Positions 1-12,237 of a stretch of 64,000 nt of DNA are shown one piece after another. The stretch is taken from the NCBI RefSeq assembly GCF_018977255.1, contig NW_024704743.1, positions 65,412,001 to 65,476,000 of the forward strand, given 5' to 3'. The notes beneath the pieces were generated by a model. It saw nothing but the letters and a program-made list of their open reading frames with translations, was not told where the DNA came from and made no database searches. Source of the DNA: Callorhinchus milii. Lineage: Eukaryota. Made by a program: the position numbers and the translations under genes. The number at the start of each line of letters is the position of its first letter. The first letter of the stretch is position 1.

Positions 1-464
1 CAGGTAGTCTGTGTTTCACAATCAAATGAAATGAGACATACATTATGTTAAGGATCTAATTAGGTGCCATAAAATCCTTAACAAAATGTATGCCCCTATT
101 TATCTTTATCATTGAATTGTCATTTGTTGTTTATTAGCTTATGACTTGACCACTTTAGATGGTGGTGATATCAGCAAAGTCAAAAAATCACTTTGGATAA
201 TATCTATAGAACTATTGACGAATACAGAAATATAGAGGAAATAGATGAAGATTATGATTTTACCTGAAAATGTAGGCAAATACAGTATCAATGGGAACAC
301 TGTTTATTTTTGAGTGCTTTTGTGCCCATTTGTTTACCTCACTAAATGACACTGATGTTTTGAAGGAATCATACACTTTGAAAATATCCTCCACCTACAA
401 TATTATGAGCAGTACATGTACATAGTAAGGTTTTCTTTGCTGCATAGAGAAATAGATAGAAATC

Positions 465-920
465 AGCCTGACTCAGTTGGTAGCACTCTTGCCTCCGAGT
501 CAAAATTTGAACTCACATCATATAAGCTGACACTCCAATGGGGGCTATTGCATTGTTAGAGGTCCTGTCCTTCAAATGAGACATTAAATCGAGGTCCCAT
601 CTGCTTATTCAGGTGGACGTTCATTTCCCCCCTGCTCGAGTCCTGACCCAACTGTCCAGCGCCTTGGGACGTTCTCCCGACGTGAAAGGCGCTCTATAAA
701 TGGAATCTTGTTGTTGTTGTTGACGTTAGAGATCCCATGGCACTATTTGAAAAGATAAGGGAGTTTCTTCTGGCCAACAATTCCCCCAGTAAAATTGGTT
801 ATTCACTTCATGGTTGTTTGTGGGACATTGCTGTATGCAAATTGCCCACACACAAAAAAACTATCCTCATTCCACCTTATAGTGTATCTGGTGAAGTGCT
901 CAGAGATGCCTTCCTGAGAA
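465..920 (+). mobile_element. Deu-domain tRNA SINE (SacSINE1/AmnSINE1-like) interrupted by an L2 3' end
   Basis: tRNA-like head (gactcagttggtagcactcttgcctc) and Deu core (gagacattaaatcgaggtcccatctg...gatcccatggcactatttgaa). Confidence 0.8.
622..721 (+). mobile_element. L2 LINE 3' terminal 100 bp with a 6-bp TSD
   Basis: gtgaaaggcgctctataaatggaatc(ttg)n tail, flanked by GACGTT at 616-621 and 722-727. Confidence 0.9.
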
Positions 921-983
921 TAGATGTCCTCCAGGAGTTGGAGCTGGAGGAGGGGGCACTACCCATGTACTATATCCCATAAC

Positions 984-1297
984 GTGGAGTCCTGTAGCTC
1001 AGTGGTTAGAGCACTCGCCTCGCAAGCAAGAGGCTTGGGTTCGATTCCCGGCAGGGTGAAACCTTGGGCAAGTTTCCTTACTCCGCACGCCTGATAGTAA
1101 TCGCTCAAGAAAAAAACCAATAATAAATTGTTCATGTCAATCCATGCCTGTTTGTGGGACACTGCTGTGTGCAATTGGCTGCTGCATTTCACCCACAAAT
1201 ATACAGTCAATTCACTTCACAGTCTATTCTGTGAAGCGCTTTGAGACGTCTGGAAGATGTGAAAAGCGCTATATCAATTGCAAGGATTATTATTATA
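984..1297 (+). mobile_element. tRNA-derived SINE (SINE2-1_CM-like), short variant
   Basis: A box tagctcagtggttagagc, B box ggttcgattcc, L2-like 3' end and (ATT)n tail. Confidence 0.9.
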
Positions 1298-1530
1298 ATG
1301 TTATTTCCTAAAAGAAAACTATCTCATCTGAGTTTGAAAGAATCAACCCGTCTCCCTAGGGAGTCTGTTCCACAGGTTCACTGTTTGTTCACTGAAATAG
1401 TGTTTGGTAGATTCGTTCTGAATTTCCCCCCTTCAATCGCAGGCCGTGTCCTCTGGTGTTACAATTCTGGACAAGTTGAAGCAGCCTGTCATGATCTGTA
1501 TTATCTCGCCCCTTTAGAATCTTGTGCCTA
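1298..1530 (-). mobile_element. CR1 LINE 3' fragment (continues at ~930-983, split by the SINE)
   Basis: Closely similar to the CR1 copy at 8895-9143. Confidence 0.8.
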
Positions 1531-1774
1531 ATATCTCAACCCCTGCCTCCCAACCTTTAGATTAACTTTCAGTAAACAATGCGTTGAAACCGGCCATTCT
1601 AAAATTGGCAAAATAATTCAAAAACGATTGAACGATGATAATAACCATCGGGCTTGTGATTTCAGGGTCCAGGCGATGCGCTGAGCTGCCGGTGAAGCAA
1701 CATCAATGAATAAAATAAAATAACTTCCCGAAACTTGTAGATTGGATGACAGGATGGAATTCAGTTTAGCAGCA

Positions 1775-2173
1775 GTGTGTGTGTGTGTGTGTGTGTGTGT
1801 CTGTGTGTGTGTTCACATAACACAACTCAAATCATAACCCTGACTGTGGCATCTTCTCCTCAACATCCCCTCCATCCTCCTATACCTCTCTCCCCCCTCC
1901 TCTCTCCCCTCCCCTCCCTGTGGTTTCCTGTTTGCCTGCACTCTGCTCTATTGTGTGGCTGTGGCTGGAGACAGGGAAACACAAAGAGCAGTGGGATGAG
2001 TGGCCACAGCAGCAGCCTGGCCAGGCTGAGCCCTGCCCAGCCTCACACACACACTCACACACACTGCTTGTGTGTCACTGAGTGTCCTGTGCAGTGAGTG
2101 TCTGTCTGCTCCCCACTCTGTGTGTGTGTGTGTGTTGTGTGTGTGTCAGTCTGGGGGGGTGGTGTGGGGTGTG
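1775..2173 (+). promoter_or_regulatory. Putative promoter/5' UTR of the 2174 exon, with (TG)n and (CA)n tracts and a pyrimidine-rich tract
   Basis: Transposon-free and more GC-rich than its surroundings, directly upstream of the ATG. (TG)n at 1775-1812 and 2118-2146; CA-rich at 2045-2064. Confidence 0.45.
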
Positions 2174-2374
2174 ATGGAGCAGTCCCAGACTGGCTCCTGG
2201 GGCAGGCACCTCACTTGCCCCTGTTGTTTGCTGCTTTTCTGCAGTTTGGACGAGCTGCACCTCCACAGTCGGCTCTTCCACCCCCTCCACCTGCCCCACA
2301 GCCACAGCTACAGCCACAGCCAGCAAGATCTGCTCCCACAGCATCCAGGAGACCCCCAGCTGGCCACACTGCTG
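2174..2374 (+). CDS. Probable first coding exon (67 aa, MEQSQTGSWGRHLTCPCC...PQLATLL) with a C2H2 zinc-finger-like motif; inferred alternative first exon of the tensin gene
   Basis: Strong Kozak context (gtgATGg), GC-rich open frame, consensus donor CTG|GTGAGT at 2374/2375 in phase 0. C15-x2-C18-x3-F22-x5-L28-x2-H31-x4-H36 fits the C2H2 pattern. The link to tensin is inferred only from strand and phase compatibility with the 44227 exon. Confidence 0.72.
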
Positions 2375-5012
2375 GTGAGTTTAGCTCCTTGTTGTGCCAG
2401 GTCTGGTCTTTTTTTTTGCCTTTTAGTCAAACCATTAATAATAACAACAACTTGCATTTATATAGCGCCCTTCACGCAGGGTAGCGTCCCAGTTTAAAAC
2501 TAATCCTTGCATTTGATATAGCGCCTTATCGGGTCGTTGAGACTTCTGTGACTGTGTTTTCGGTCCCAACTTTCCTCCACACGTTTGGCTCCCCCCGCCA
2601 TTCAGGTTTCCATCTAGCACTGACAAGCGTTTTGAGATGTCATCTCGATGCAATAGGCGATGTATAAATGTAATTTGTATTGTCTCAAAGCTCTTCACAG
2701 AATTTGACTGTAAAGTGTAGTGACAGCCTGCTTTGTAGGTGAAAGTGGCAGCCAATTTGAGCACAACAAGTTTCACAAACCAGTGTTTCACAAACAGCCA
2801 TGAAGTGAATGACCAATTTTATTTGTCTTACAATTACTTGGTTCACCTTGTTTATTCTTCCAAAAACTTGTGTCAAAGTTGCATAGAAAAGTCTTTTTTC
2901 GGGGGTGGTGGTGATGGCGTGACAGTCAAAAACAAATAATGCACACAGGTGTGTTGTGCCTCTGTATAAATGTTTATTTTGCAGTGATAATCTTGCAGTC
3001 AGCCAATCCTAAAAGCCCCTGATACCAGTCCCCCGATGTGGTAACACACTTCTGCAGGTGAGGCAAAGTGGTAAGAACTTGGCTGATATACATATTGATG
3101 GTTTGTGGACGTTTCACTGGATGCTAATCTTGGTTAAATACTAACAAGAAAGTTTAGAAAAATTAATAGACATTCTATGTGATTTTTATAATTTATGTTT
3201 TCTCCTGAACAAAATAACTTCTGTATTTGGGTTCTACCGTCCCATGTCACCATCCCATAGCATATTCTCAAATGCTCCGAGATGTTATCCTTTGTGAAAG
3301 TCACAATATAAATATAAAGTTTTTGTTGATTAAATAATATTTGGAAGCATCTGCCGTTTTATACATTACCGAACCCCTTGAGGATGTTACTTTCAAGGAA
3401 TGGTTTCTTTTTCAGTATTGATGTAATCAATTTTTTTATTGCAGAGAGCAAGTTTATTTTTTAGTAGCGGTTATTTTATGCTTCAGCAATAACCTCAGTT
3501 TTCATTAATGCACATATTTAGCCTAGTTTAGGAACAAGAATCAATCCTCACATAAAAAGATTACACATCCCACCAATCTGAAATGAAAACAGAAATGTTG
3601 GAAAAGTTCTGGAGGCGGAGGAAAGAAATGTGGCTGCTAAAATGGATTTTGTTTTTTTTTGGTCAGTTGATTGTTTGACACATGACCCATCACCATACTT
3701 AGGAGTTTCCAAACCAGGCTGAATGTTTCACCTATATGTGCCACCTGCGTATGGAAGTTTCGCTGTTGCTATTTGACCTGAATTACCACTGGCTAAATTG
3801 TCATTCAGGTTATTGTTGAACAATGCATATTGTGAATGTTTTCCATGTTGCTTACATGCAGGTCTTTCAAACTTTGTATTCTGTTTTGTTTCTAAGAGGC
3901 TTGTCTGAAGTGAGTTTTGGTTGCTTCAAAAAACATTCTGAGTGGTTCACAGTACAAAATGATCCTTAAATTGACAATCTCATTCGAGAAAACCCACAAG
4001 ATGGCTGGCCTTACAAATAAATGGTGTATGTCACACTGATTAGATGGGGCACTTTGCATTATCAAAGTGGAAGATGTGTGGCTCTGCATTTGACTCTCCT
4101 AAAGCTGAATTGGGAGTGCTTGATTCTGATAATGATGTGTAAAATAGGAAAGTGTTCCATATTCTAATCTACACTAACATCCATCATTTTGATGAATACA
4201 AACGTTATCAGCAATTATTTTAAAGGAAAAAATGCTCACAGTAAAATACTTGTCACAATTGCAGCTGTCAATGAAACAAATGTTTGTGTCCTCTATTCTA
4301 GTTTTGTTCCATTAAGAAAGTTTTGCTGTTGGTCTTAATCATTTAAGTCTTTATTGTGGAAGCTTTCTTAGTGACGTAATGCATGTGACTTGATATAATA
4401 AGAAGCATTTTGCAATTATTATGCAATTGGAAATTAAGACACTGTGCTTGAGCTCATAACTTTCAAGCACAAGCACCTCATTCACATATATATTTTTAAA
4501 ATATATATTTTTGTTCTGATTGTCAAGGTGAACTCTCTAGGGTCTTTGACATTATTGACGACCACATTCTCCTCCAGGGTCCACCTCCTTACCCCCATGT
4601 TTTCATAATTCCCTTTCTAGCTGTTTTACAAATTACCACTATATCTTCTACAATAGCTTCTCATCCAACCCCTATGATCACCTCTTGGTCTTCTCCTATT
4701 CCTCATCTATAGATCATTATCGAACACAACACATATTAGAGTTATCTTCTGTAGGTGTGCCAATTATTCTGCCATGACCCTTAATTTTATGACTGTTTCT
4801 GTTCTGACTGACTACCTGTCTCACATCAAATCCATTTATGCAGCTGAATGTTTCAAGCCTGAAAACATCTTGTTTGGTTCTTGCCTGTACCTAAATGCTT
4901 TTGACTCTGATACTGTCAACCAGTCACTCATTCAATCTTTCTAAATCCTGCTTTCCTATACAGTCTTCTCGAGTCTGTACTCTTTGCTCTACCAGTCTGG
5001 TTCTGGGTCTAC

Positions 5013-5388
5013 ATGGAGACCAGCAGCGTATTAATTGGAACACTCGCCTCGCAATCGAGAGGACCCTGGGTTTGATTCCCAGGCAGGGCGAACCCTTAGG
5101 CAAGTTTCATTACTCCACACGGCTCTGTTTACCTAGCAGTAAGTAGGAACTTGATTGCGAGTTGATCGGCTGACTGCTTTCCTGGGGATAATAATCCATT
5201 CAAAAAAATAATAATAATATTTTGGCTAATCCATGACTGTTTGTGGGACGCTGCTGCGCGCTGTTGCTGCGTTTGCCCACAAAATATACAGTCAATTCAC
5301 TTTACTGTATATTCTGTGAAGCTCTTTGAGACGTCTCAACGATGTGATAAGGTGCTATATCAAATGCAAGGATTATTATTTTTATTAT
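5013..5388 (+). mobile_element. tRNA-derived SINE (SINE2-1_CM-like), long variant
   Basis: Same body and (ATT)n tail as the other copies. Confidence 0.9.
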
Positions 5389-6206
5389 ATCCTTTGCTTT
5401 TCTATGGATAACTGAGCCTTCAGCTGCCTTGCCTCTTTCCTCTGGAGCTCTTTTCTCAAGCAACATTGTCTCTCCCTGCCTTCACAACTCTCCAAGAAAC
5501 ATAATTCTTTGACTACAACTTTAAATCTTTAAATCTCTTCTTTCCTTGCTCAGTGTCCACAACACCATTGGGCAAGACTGTGAATTGTTCTTTAAAATGA
5601 AAGGCTCTATATAAATCAAGTTGCCTTTGTGAAAATATCAATCTTGGAACACCTCACTCTTGATAGCATTAAACATTTGCAAGTGCTCCCTCCCTCTGCT
5701 CTGCTCAACATTAAGCTTCAATCCTCAACAGGGAACACCTTCTACTTCATCAGTTTAATTTATGCTCTGGATTCGAATCTGCTAAGAAATGAGTGAAGAT
5801 CATTTGAACTTATTTCTCTTGGGATCTTAGACATAGAGAGAGAGTAAAGCCTTTCATCAATGTAAGCAGAATTTAAACCAAGATTGCAGAGGCGGAAGGT
5901 CTGTGTTCTAACCCCCACATTCCTTTCATTAGTGAGGGCGACAAAATATCTCTCAAATATTTGGAAAACTTGAGCACATTGTGCAGCTCCCTCATGAATG
6001 GGAGAACAAACTACAGGATGTACATTGTGTAGGAAGTGATTTGAATTTGTACTTCCACATTTAACTCGCAGGGGAAAAAAGTTATGAGCGAGAATTGCAA
6101 ATCTGTCTGCAGTGGAAAAAACATGGTTTACAGTAACATGATGTGTGTCTGTCTATTACATGGTATACTTTAAATTTTACACGCTTGTGATAGTAACAGA
6201 GCTTTT

Positions 6207-6932
6207 ATCGCCAGATTACGGCATTACCTCACCCCTCACGCTGCTGAAACCCTGGTTCACGCCTTTGTCACCTCAAGGCTGGACTATGGGAACTCTCTCC
6301 TCGCCGGCCTTCCCGCCACCTCCCTCCACAAGCTGCAGGTCATTCAGAACTCTGCAGCTCGTGTACTGTCCCGCACCAGGCTTCGGGACCACATCACTCC
6401 TACCCTCGCTCGCCTCCACTGGCTCCCCATCCCCCAGAGGATTGATTTCAAGATCCTCATCCTCACCTACAAGGCCATTCACGGCCTTGCTCCCTCCTAC
6501 CTCTCCAACCTACTATCCCCCTACCTACCTGCCCGTACCCTCCGTTCCTCTGGCTCCGGTCTGCTCCACGTCCCCCGCCCCAACCGCCCTACTATCGGTG
6601 GTCGGGCCTTCAGCCTCTCAGCCCCGAGGCTCTGGAACTCCATCCCCAGTGCCTTCGCCTTGCTTCCTCCCTTTCCTCCTTCAAGGCCGGTCTCAAAACC
6701 TTTCTCTTTGACCGAGCCTTCAGCTCCCCTCTCGACTCTCTTCCTCCTCCTCGCTCCCTCCCTTCCCTCCCCTCACCCTGACCATTTCCCCCTCCTCTCT
6801 CCCTCCCTTCCCTCCCCTCACCCTGACCATTTCCCCCCTGCTCGGGTCATGACCCAACTGTGCAGCGCCTTGGGACGTCCTCCTGACGTGAAAGGCGCTC
6901 TATAAATGGAATCTTGTTGTTGTTGTTGTTGT
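6207..6932 (+). mobile_element. Young 5'-truncated L2 LINE (ORF2 C-terminus and 3' UTR)
   Basis: Open frame ...[24 protein letters not shown]...[11 protein letters not shown]...[30 protein letters not shown]...GGRAFSLSAPRLWNSIP, followed by a (TTG)n tail. Confidence 0.95.
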
Positions 6933-8077
6933 TTAGTGTGTGTTATTCAATGTTTGTACAATACAATAAGCAAACTGAAGCACCTCAGGGTGCTGGGGGC
7001 GGTTGTTATCATGGTTTCAGCACTTGGCGTCTGGTGATCGGAAAGGAGGCAGATGATACAATATGCTTGTGTTGGTTATTCTGACTTGACCCTGTTTTGG
7101 AGATTTGCTTGGTCTAATTCTAATCCTTACATTTGATCTGTTTCATTTCTTTGGTGGTGTTTCTTGTAGAATATTTTAAATGTTTATGAGTGAATAGTAT
7201 AACACCACAATGTCCTGTTCGAAGATGCTCACAGTACAAAACAGTTCACATTTATACAGTCGCTATGTCAAATGTAAGGATTATTATTATTACAGTGCCG
7301 TTTCATGTTGGGACGGTGCCTCAAAGTGCTTGAAACTGCTGGCTGGGCACCTGAGCTGGGGGGTGAGCTGAAGATAATGGGGCTGGGAAAGATGATGTAA
7401 AGAGCGGTCAAAGAGGAATGCCTTGAAGATATTAGACTCAGGCAACTGCGTTCCTGTACTTTATGGTCAGCTTGCAGAGCCAGACAACAGGATGAGTTTG
7501 TATTGTCATTACGGGCAGTACTACATTTGAAGATACAGAATGATCTGGATGTGCTGGTGCTAAGTTGCTTACTTTTCTGTATGTGGAAACTATCAGCTAT
7601 GTTGCTTCTTTATAAGTCAATGAGAGGTTTGGTACTGCAGAATTTTCTTTCTTATCTCTTTCAAAGTAACTGCATTTAATGGTCAGTATTTAAATTGATG
7701 CGCAGATGAAGGCTAGAATTGAATTTTGCAACGCTCCGGTTGGGAATCGACTGAATAGGGACTGAACAGAAAGTTTATAAATAAAGAACTTCATTAGTAA
7801 ATCCGGAAATCAGAGAATATTACAGCACAGAAACACACCATTTGATGCAACAATTGTGAGCTGGCACTTTTCTTAACCAAATGCCACTTTCCTGCCCATT
7901 CCACTCAACCTTTTATATCCCTATTCTTCAAGCATTTATCTAATTCCCTTTCAAAATGATCCATGCACTCTGCTGTACTGCACTTTGCAAGAAGATTTCA
8001 GATACAAACCATTTTCAAATCTTTCATTTTGCAGTTTGCCAAAAAGTGTTAGTTCTTGTTGGAGGGGAGGGAGGGGC

Positions 8078-8440
8078 TGGTTCTGCAGGTACTGGCTGCC
8101 CTCTGGTGTCTTCAAGTGACTATTGTTCATGTGTGCGCCTGGACAGTAAGTGTAGATGGTGTAGATTCTGTCAGGTGGAGAGTATGGTAGCAAAACCTGA
8201 TTCTATTCTTGCCAGACCTCCAGAGATGAACATTTTCCAGTAGGGGTCACTTGATGGCAATCAGGATCAGAAAGCTGTGGTTGATTTTCTCCACCCTATC
8301 CTAAAGTCGCTGAGGTCAATTGAGGGTCCATACTCCTGCCCTGGTTGAGTTCAACAGGACATCGGTTTTCTTCTGAGGATTTGAACCTGCAACCTTTTGA
8401 TCTGATATCTTTGTGATGCTACCTTTCACTCTCTGGACCA
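8078..8440 (-). mobile_element. Old tRNA-derived SINE of a third family (related copies at ~12880-13085 +, 45440-45775 +, 54775-54890 -)
   Basis: Reverse-strand B box (ggttcaaatcc) and motifs shared with those copies (gaaaatcaaccacagc, cacatgaacaatagtcacttg). Confidence 0.6.
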
Positions 8441-8639
8441 TTAGATTACAAATACTGCAGTTGATTAATTTTACATCCTTGCAAAAACTTTATCATGAAG
8501 TTTTCTTTTAACTATCTATTCATAAAAACAAACTTGTTACTGTGTTTTAGGTAAAAGTGATTAGATTTCTGAAATGAAATAACTGCACATGTTTAGAACA
8601 CTGAACAACAACAATTAGATAATTGTTGAAGATGTTGTG

Positions 8640-9470
8640 TCCGGATGTTTTGGATGAGATGTTAAACTGAGGTCCTATCTAGCTATTTGAATGGATGTTA
8701 AGGATCCCATGGCACTATTTGAAAGTAGAAAGGAGTTTCTCCCAATGTCCAGATAAACAATCCTCCAAATAAAATGATCATTCATTTCATAGCCATTTGT
8801 ACATAAGAACATAAGAAATGCTAGACAAAAAAAGACAAGGTCCATCGAGTTCGCCTTCCACCTCTGGTGGTCGCATGCACATATGTCCCAAACTATATCC
8901 CATAATGTTATTACCTAAAAGAAAACTATCTAATCTGTGTATGAAAGAATCAACACTTCCTGCTTCAACTGTCTCCCTAGGGAGTCTGTTCCACAGGTTC
9001 ACTATTTGTTCACTGAAATAGTGTTTGGTAGATTCGTTCTGAATTTTCCACCCTTCAATCGCAGGCTGTGTCCTCTGGTTTTACTATTCTGGACAAGTTG
9101 AAACAGCCTGTCATGATCTGTATTATCTCGCCTCTTTAGAATCTTAAAGATAGCAATCATGTCTCCTCTCAATCTTCTCTTTTCCAGCATGAACATGCCC
9201 AATTTACTTAGTCGCTCCTCATAGTTCAGTCTGTTTCCATTCCCTCAATCATTTTGGTTACCCTCCTCTGTATCTTCTCGATTTCTCCAATATCCTTTTT
9301 GTACTGCAACGACCAGAACTGTACACAGTTCTCTAAGTATGGTCTCACCATTTGTGGGATAATGCTGTGTGCAAATTGGCTGCTGCTATAAATACACAAT
9401 CTTTACATTTTATATAAAACTCTGTGAAGCACTTTTAGGCATGTCGAAGTTATGAGGCAAAAGCAAGGAT
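8640..9470 (+). mobile_element. Deu-domain SINE split by a CR1 insertion
   Basis: The Deu core at 8640-8800 resumes at 9348 (ccatttgtgggataatgctgtgtgcaaattggctgc). Confidence 0.8.
8801..9347 (-). mobile_element. CR1 LINE 3' end with the 8-bp TSD CCATTTGT
   Basis: Minus-strand ORF remnants LEKRRLRGDMI...KTRGHSLRL and LWNRLPRETVEAGS; (TTCTTATG)2 tail; TSD at 8793-8800 and 9348-9355. Confidence 0.92.
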
Positions 9471-10678
9471 AGAATCTGGTAGAAATGTGAATATGAGGTG
9501 TGATATATTGCAATTCTGTGGTTGGGATTAGCTATATCTTTACATAATCAACATTCTACAAATACTGTTTAGTTTATAGTCACTGCTAATCAAATTTAAA
9601 TTGTGAGAAACAGTTGATTGCTTTGCTTCTAACATTTTGGTTATTTTCCACAAAATACTGTTATCTGTGTCAGCAAAAGGTAACTGCTTATAAAATACTG
9701 GTTCCTCAATAGATTGGGTTCATTCTGCTTCTTTCGTGCTTTTAGACATAGCGGAACAAATTGACCTTATTTACTGATGAACTTGTGTAGTTAACTAGAA
9801 TTTAAATCATTTCAAATGCGAGACGATTCAATGCATAGCTCTACCTGTGTCCAGTGTTTATTAAGAGAAGACAACAAGCTCTCAAAAAATTACCTATGAC
9901 CCTAAAACTAGACCCTACCAATTCCAAAGGTGCAACACAATGTTCCAACTTGCTTAAGGGATATTACAGATTTTAATTCACAAGTGACTGTTCCATCTAC
10001 AGTAGCTCATTCTAGCCATTAAATCTTTTCCACCCTCAATTTTAAAGTACAGTAATGCTGAAAACAGACTTGGATTGGGTGGCAGGCCAAATTCTCATTG
10101 CTTCTGCATGGAGTCAGGTGCTGATGTGAATAACGTTTCACTTTAACTATTTTCATGAGATTCTGGAGTAATTCCCATGAGTGGGTTTCTGCACTACATC
10201 CTTGTATAAATAATTATACCTTCTCGAGGTAGTTGGTGATTGGGAAATCGTAAACACTTGAATAATAAATGTTCAATTGACTAACAAGTCAGGGGTGGTT
10301 TTGGAAGTACCTCACTGTTTGCGTTGCAACCTTAAAAAATATTTATTCTCAGAGGAGCAGCTTTTCTGATCCTGATGCCTGCTTGTTCTACAGCCTTCAT
10401 TTTCGAGCCCAGTTGAAATGTTACAATGGTGTGTTTGAAAGTTCACTCCTTTTTAAATAACCTCTGAGACAGCTCATTACTCCTCCCACTAGTAAAACAG
10501 AATAGGAGTTTCCTGCTCTCACAGTGTGTCCTGGGAGGCCATGACCCTGTGTCATGCTGGTTGTGCCTGTTATAGATAATGGTCTTAAGTTGTAGAATAT
10601 ACTAACAAGAAGAGCTTGTAACTGCTTACACTGTGACTATGTTGCTGATGGTGGAGGCAATCATTTGAGCAGTGCAGC

Positions 10679-11285
10679 TACAACAACAACAAATTGCATT
10701 TTTATAGGGTCTTTCACGTGGAGAGGACGTCGAAAGGTGCGGGACAGTGAAGGGTTTGCACCCGATCTGAGGATTGGAAGCAAGATGGGTGGAGGGGAAC
10801 AGGGTGGGAAGATGACCGAAGGCACTGTCGAAGAGCAAGGCCTTGAGATGAGCCTTGAAAGAGGCAAGGAAGGGGGCGAGGTGGAGTGGCTCTGGGATGG
10901 AATTCCAAAGGGACGAGGCAGAAAGCCTGAAGGCCTGACTACCAATTGTGGAGTGGGCAGGATGGAGGATGTAGAGCAGGCCAGTGCCCACAGAGCAGGA
11001 GGGAGTGGACGGATTGGTAAAGGTTTAGTAGGTTGCAGAGGTAGGGAGGAACAAGACCATGGAGGGTTTTAAAAGTGAGAATGATAATCGTGAATTCTAT
11101 CCTCTGGGGGATGGGGAGCCAGTGGAGCTGGGCGAGGTGGGGCCAGGGGGGTGATAGGGTCACGGAGCTTAGTGCGGGAGAGGACACGAGCTGCAGAGTT
11201 CTGAATAATCTGCAGCTTGTGGAGGGAAGAGTTGGGAAGTCCGGCGAGCAGGGAGTTAGCACAGTGAAGCCTGCACATAATGAAG
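10679..11285 (-). mobile_element. L2 LINE 3' fragment
   Basis: Remnants [26 protein letters not shown] and LHWLPIPQRIEF; (TTG)n tail. Confidence 0.9.
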
Positions 11286-12237
11286 GGAATCAGTGGTGTG
11301 AGAGATGTCCAAAGCGGATATAACATGTAAATGCATTAGCCCTACTCTCTCTGGAGGCTCTGAGAGACATCCTCAAGAAATAATAATAATAATAATCCTT
11401 TCAGGTCCGCTGGATAGACGCAAAGCTGGTTGAGTTTGTCCCGATGTGAAAGGTGATATATAAATGCAATTTGTTGTTGTTGAGTTGGAGGTTTGGAGTG
11501 ATATTACACTAGTTATTTGGTTGAAACCTACAGCCAGAGGTTTGATGTGGACTTATATGAGAATAGATGCCTTCAAGACAATTGTTATTATATTGCAAGA
11601 ATCTGCAATTATATCAAGATTTATGTCGAATTTGTGCCGTTCAGCTCCAAATTCCTGACTGTCCAGCACCTTGGGACGTCCTCCCAATGTGAAAGGTGCT
11701 ATACAAATGTAATTTGTTGTTGTTGCTCACAAGTTGCAGTACCTTCGAATCATAGCACCAGTCAAGCAAATAGAATAGAGCATTTGCAATGTTTGCAGCA
11801 AAAGATGCTGTAAAGAAATTTAACTTTTGGTGCTTGCACAGTACCTCCAGGTGGCAGTATTGTAGTGATGGGTGCTCTAATTCCATGGTTGCCTCTTTTG
11901 GAATATCAACCTGAAAAATGTTTATGTACAGCAAATTCTTTCTGTTGTGTATTTTGAAATATTGTGATCACAAAACGCATTATGTATATTTGCCTGGAGA
12001 TAATTGTTAAGCTCAGGTGCTCTGACTGGAGCGCGCTTCTTAATGAAAATTGTGACAGGATATTTATCTGCTGAAATGAGAGTGTTTGATGGGTTCATAT
12101 TCTTCCTCAATGTTGCGATGGAGATGGGAAAAATATAACAACAAAATTTAACCACGGGCAGTAATATTTTTGTTTAGCATTTTCAGGACTCTTGCTTCTA
12201 GTTACTATTCAGTGACTTCCTGGGTAGTAGTAGTGGT

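Noticed and set aside
986..1060. tRNA gene-like sequence (also at the other SINE heads)
   Set aside because: It continues directly into SINE body and tail and lacks a complete acceptor stem.
2098..2484. Pro/Gln-rich ORF overlapping the first exon, and the upstream extension of ORF 2072
   Set aside because: No ATG start and derived from TG and CACAGC repeats; the ATG, donor phase and C2H2 motif support the frame starting at 2174.
6145..6711. 188-aa Pro/Ser-rich ORF (similar ORFs at 58500-59066, 49268-49738, 49449-49865)
   Set aside because: Off-frame or antisense readings of L2 copies.
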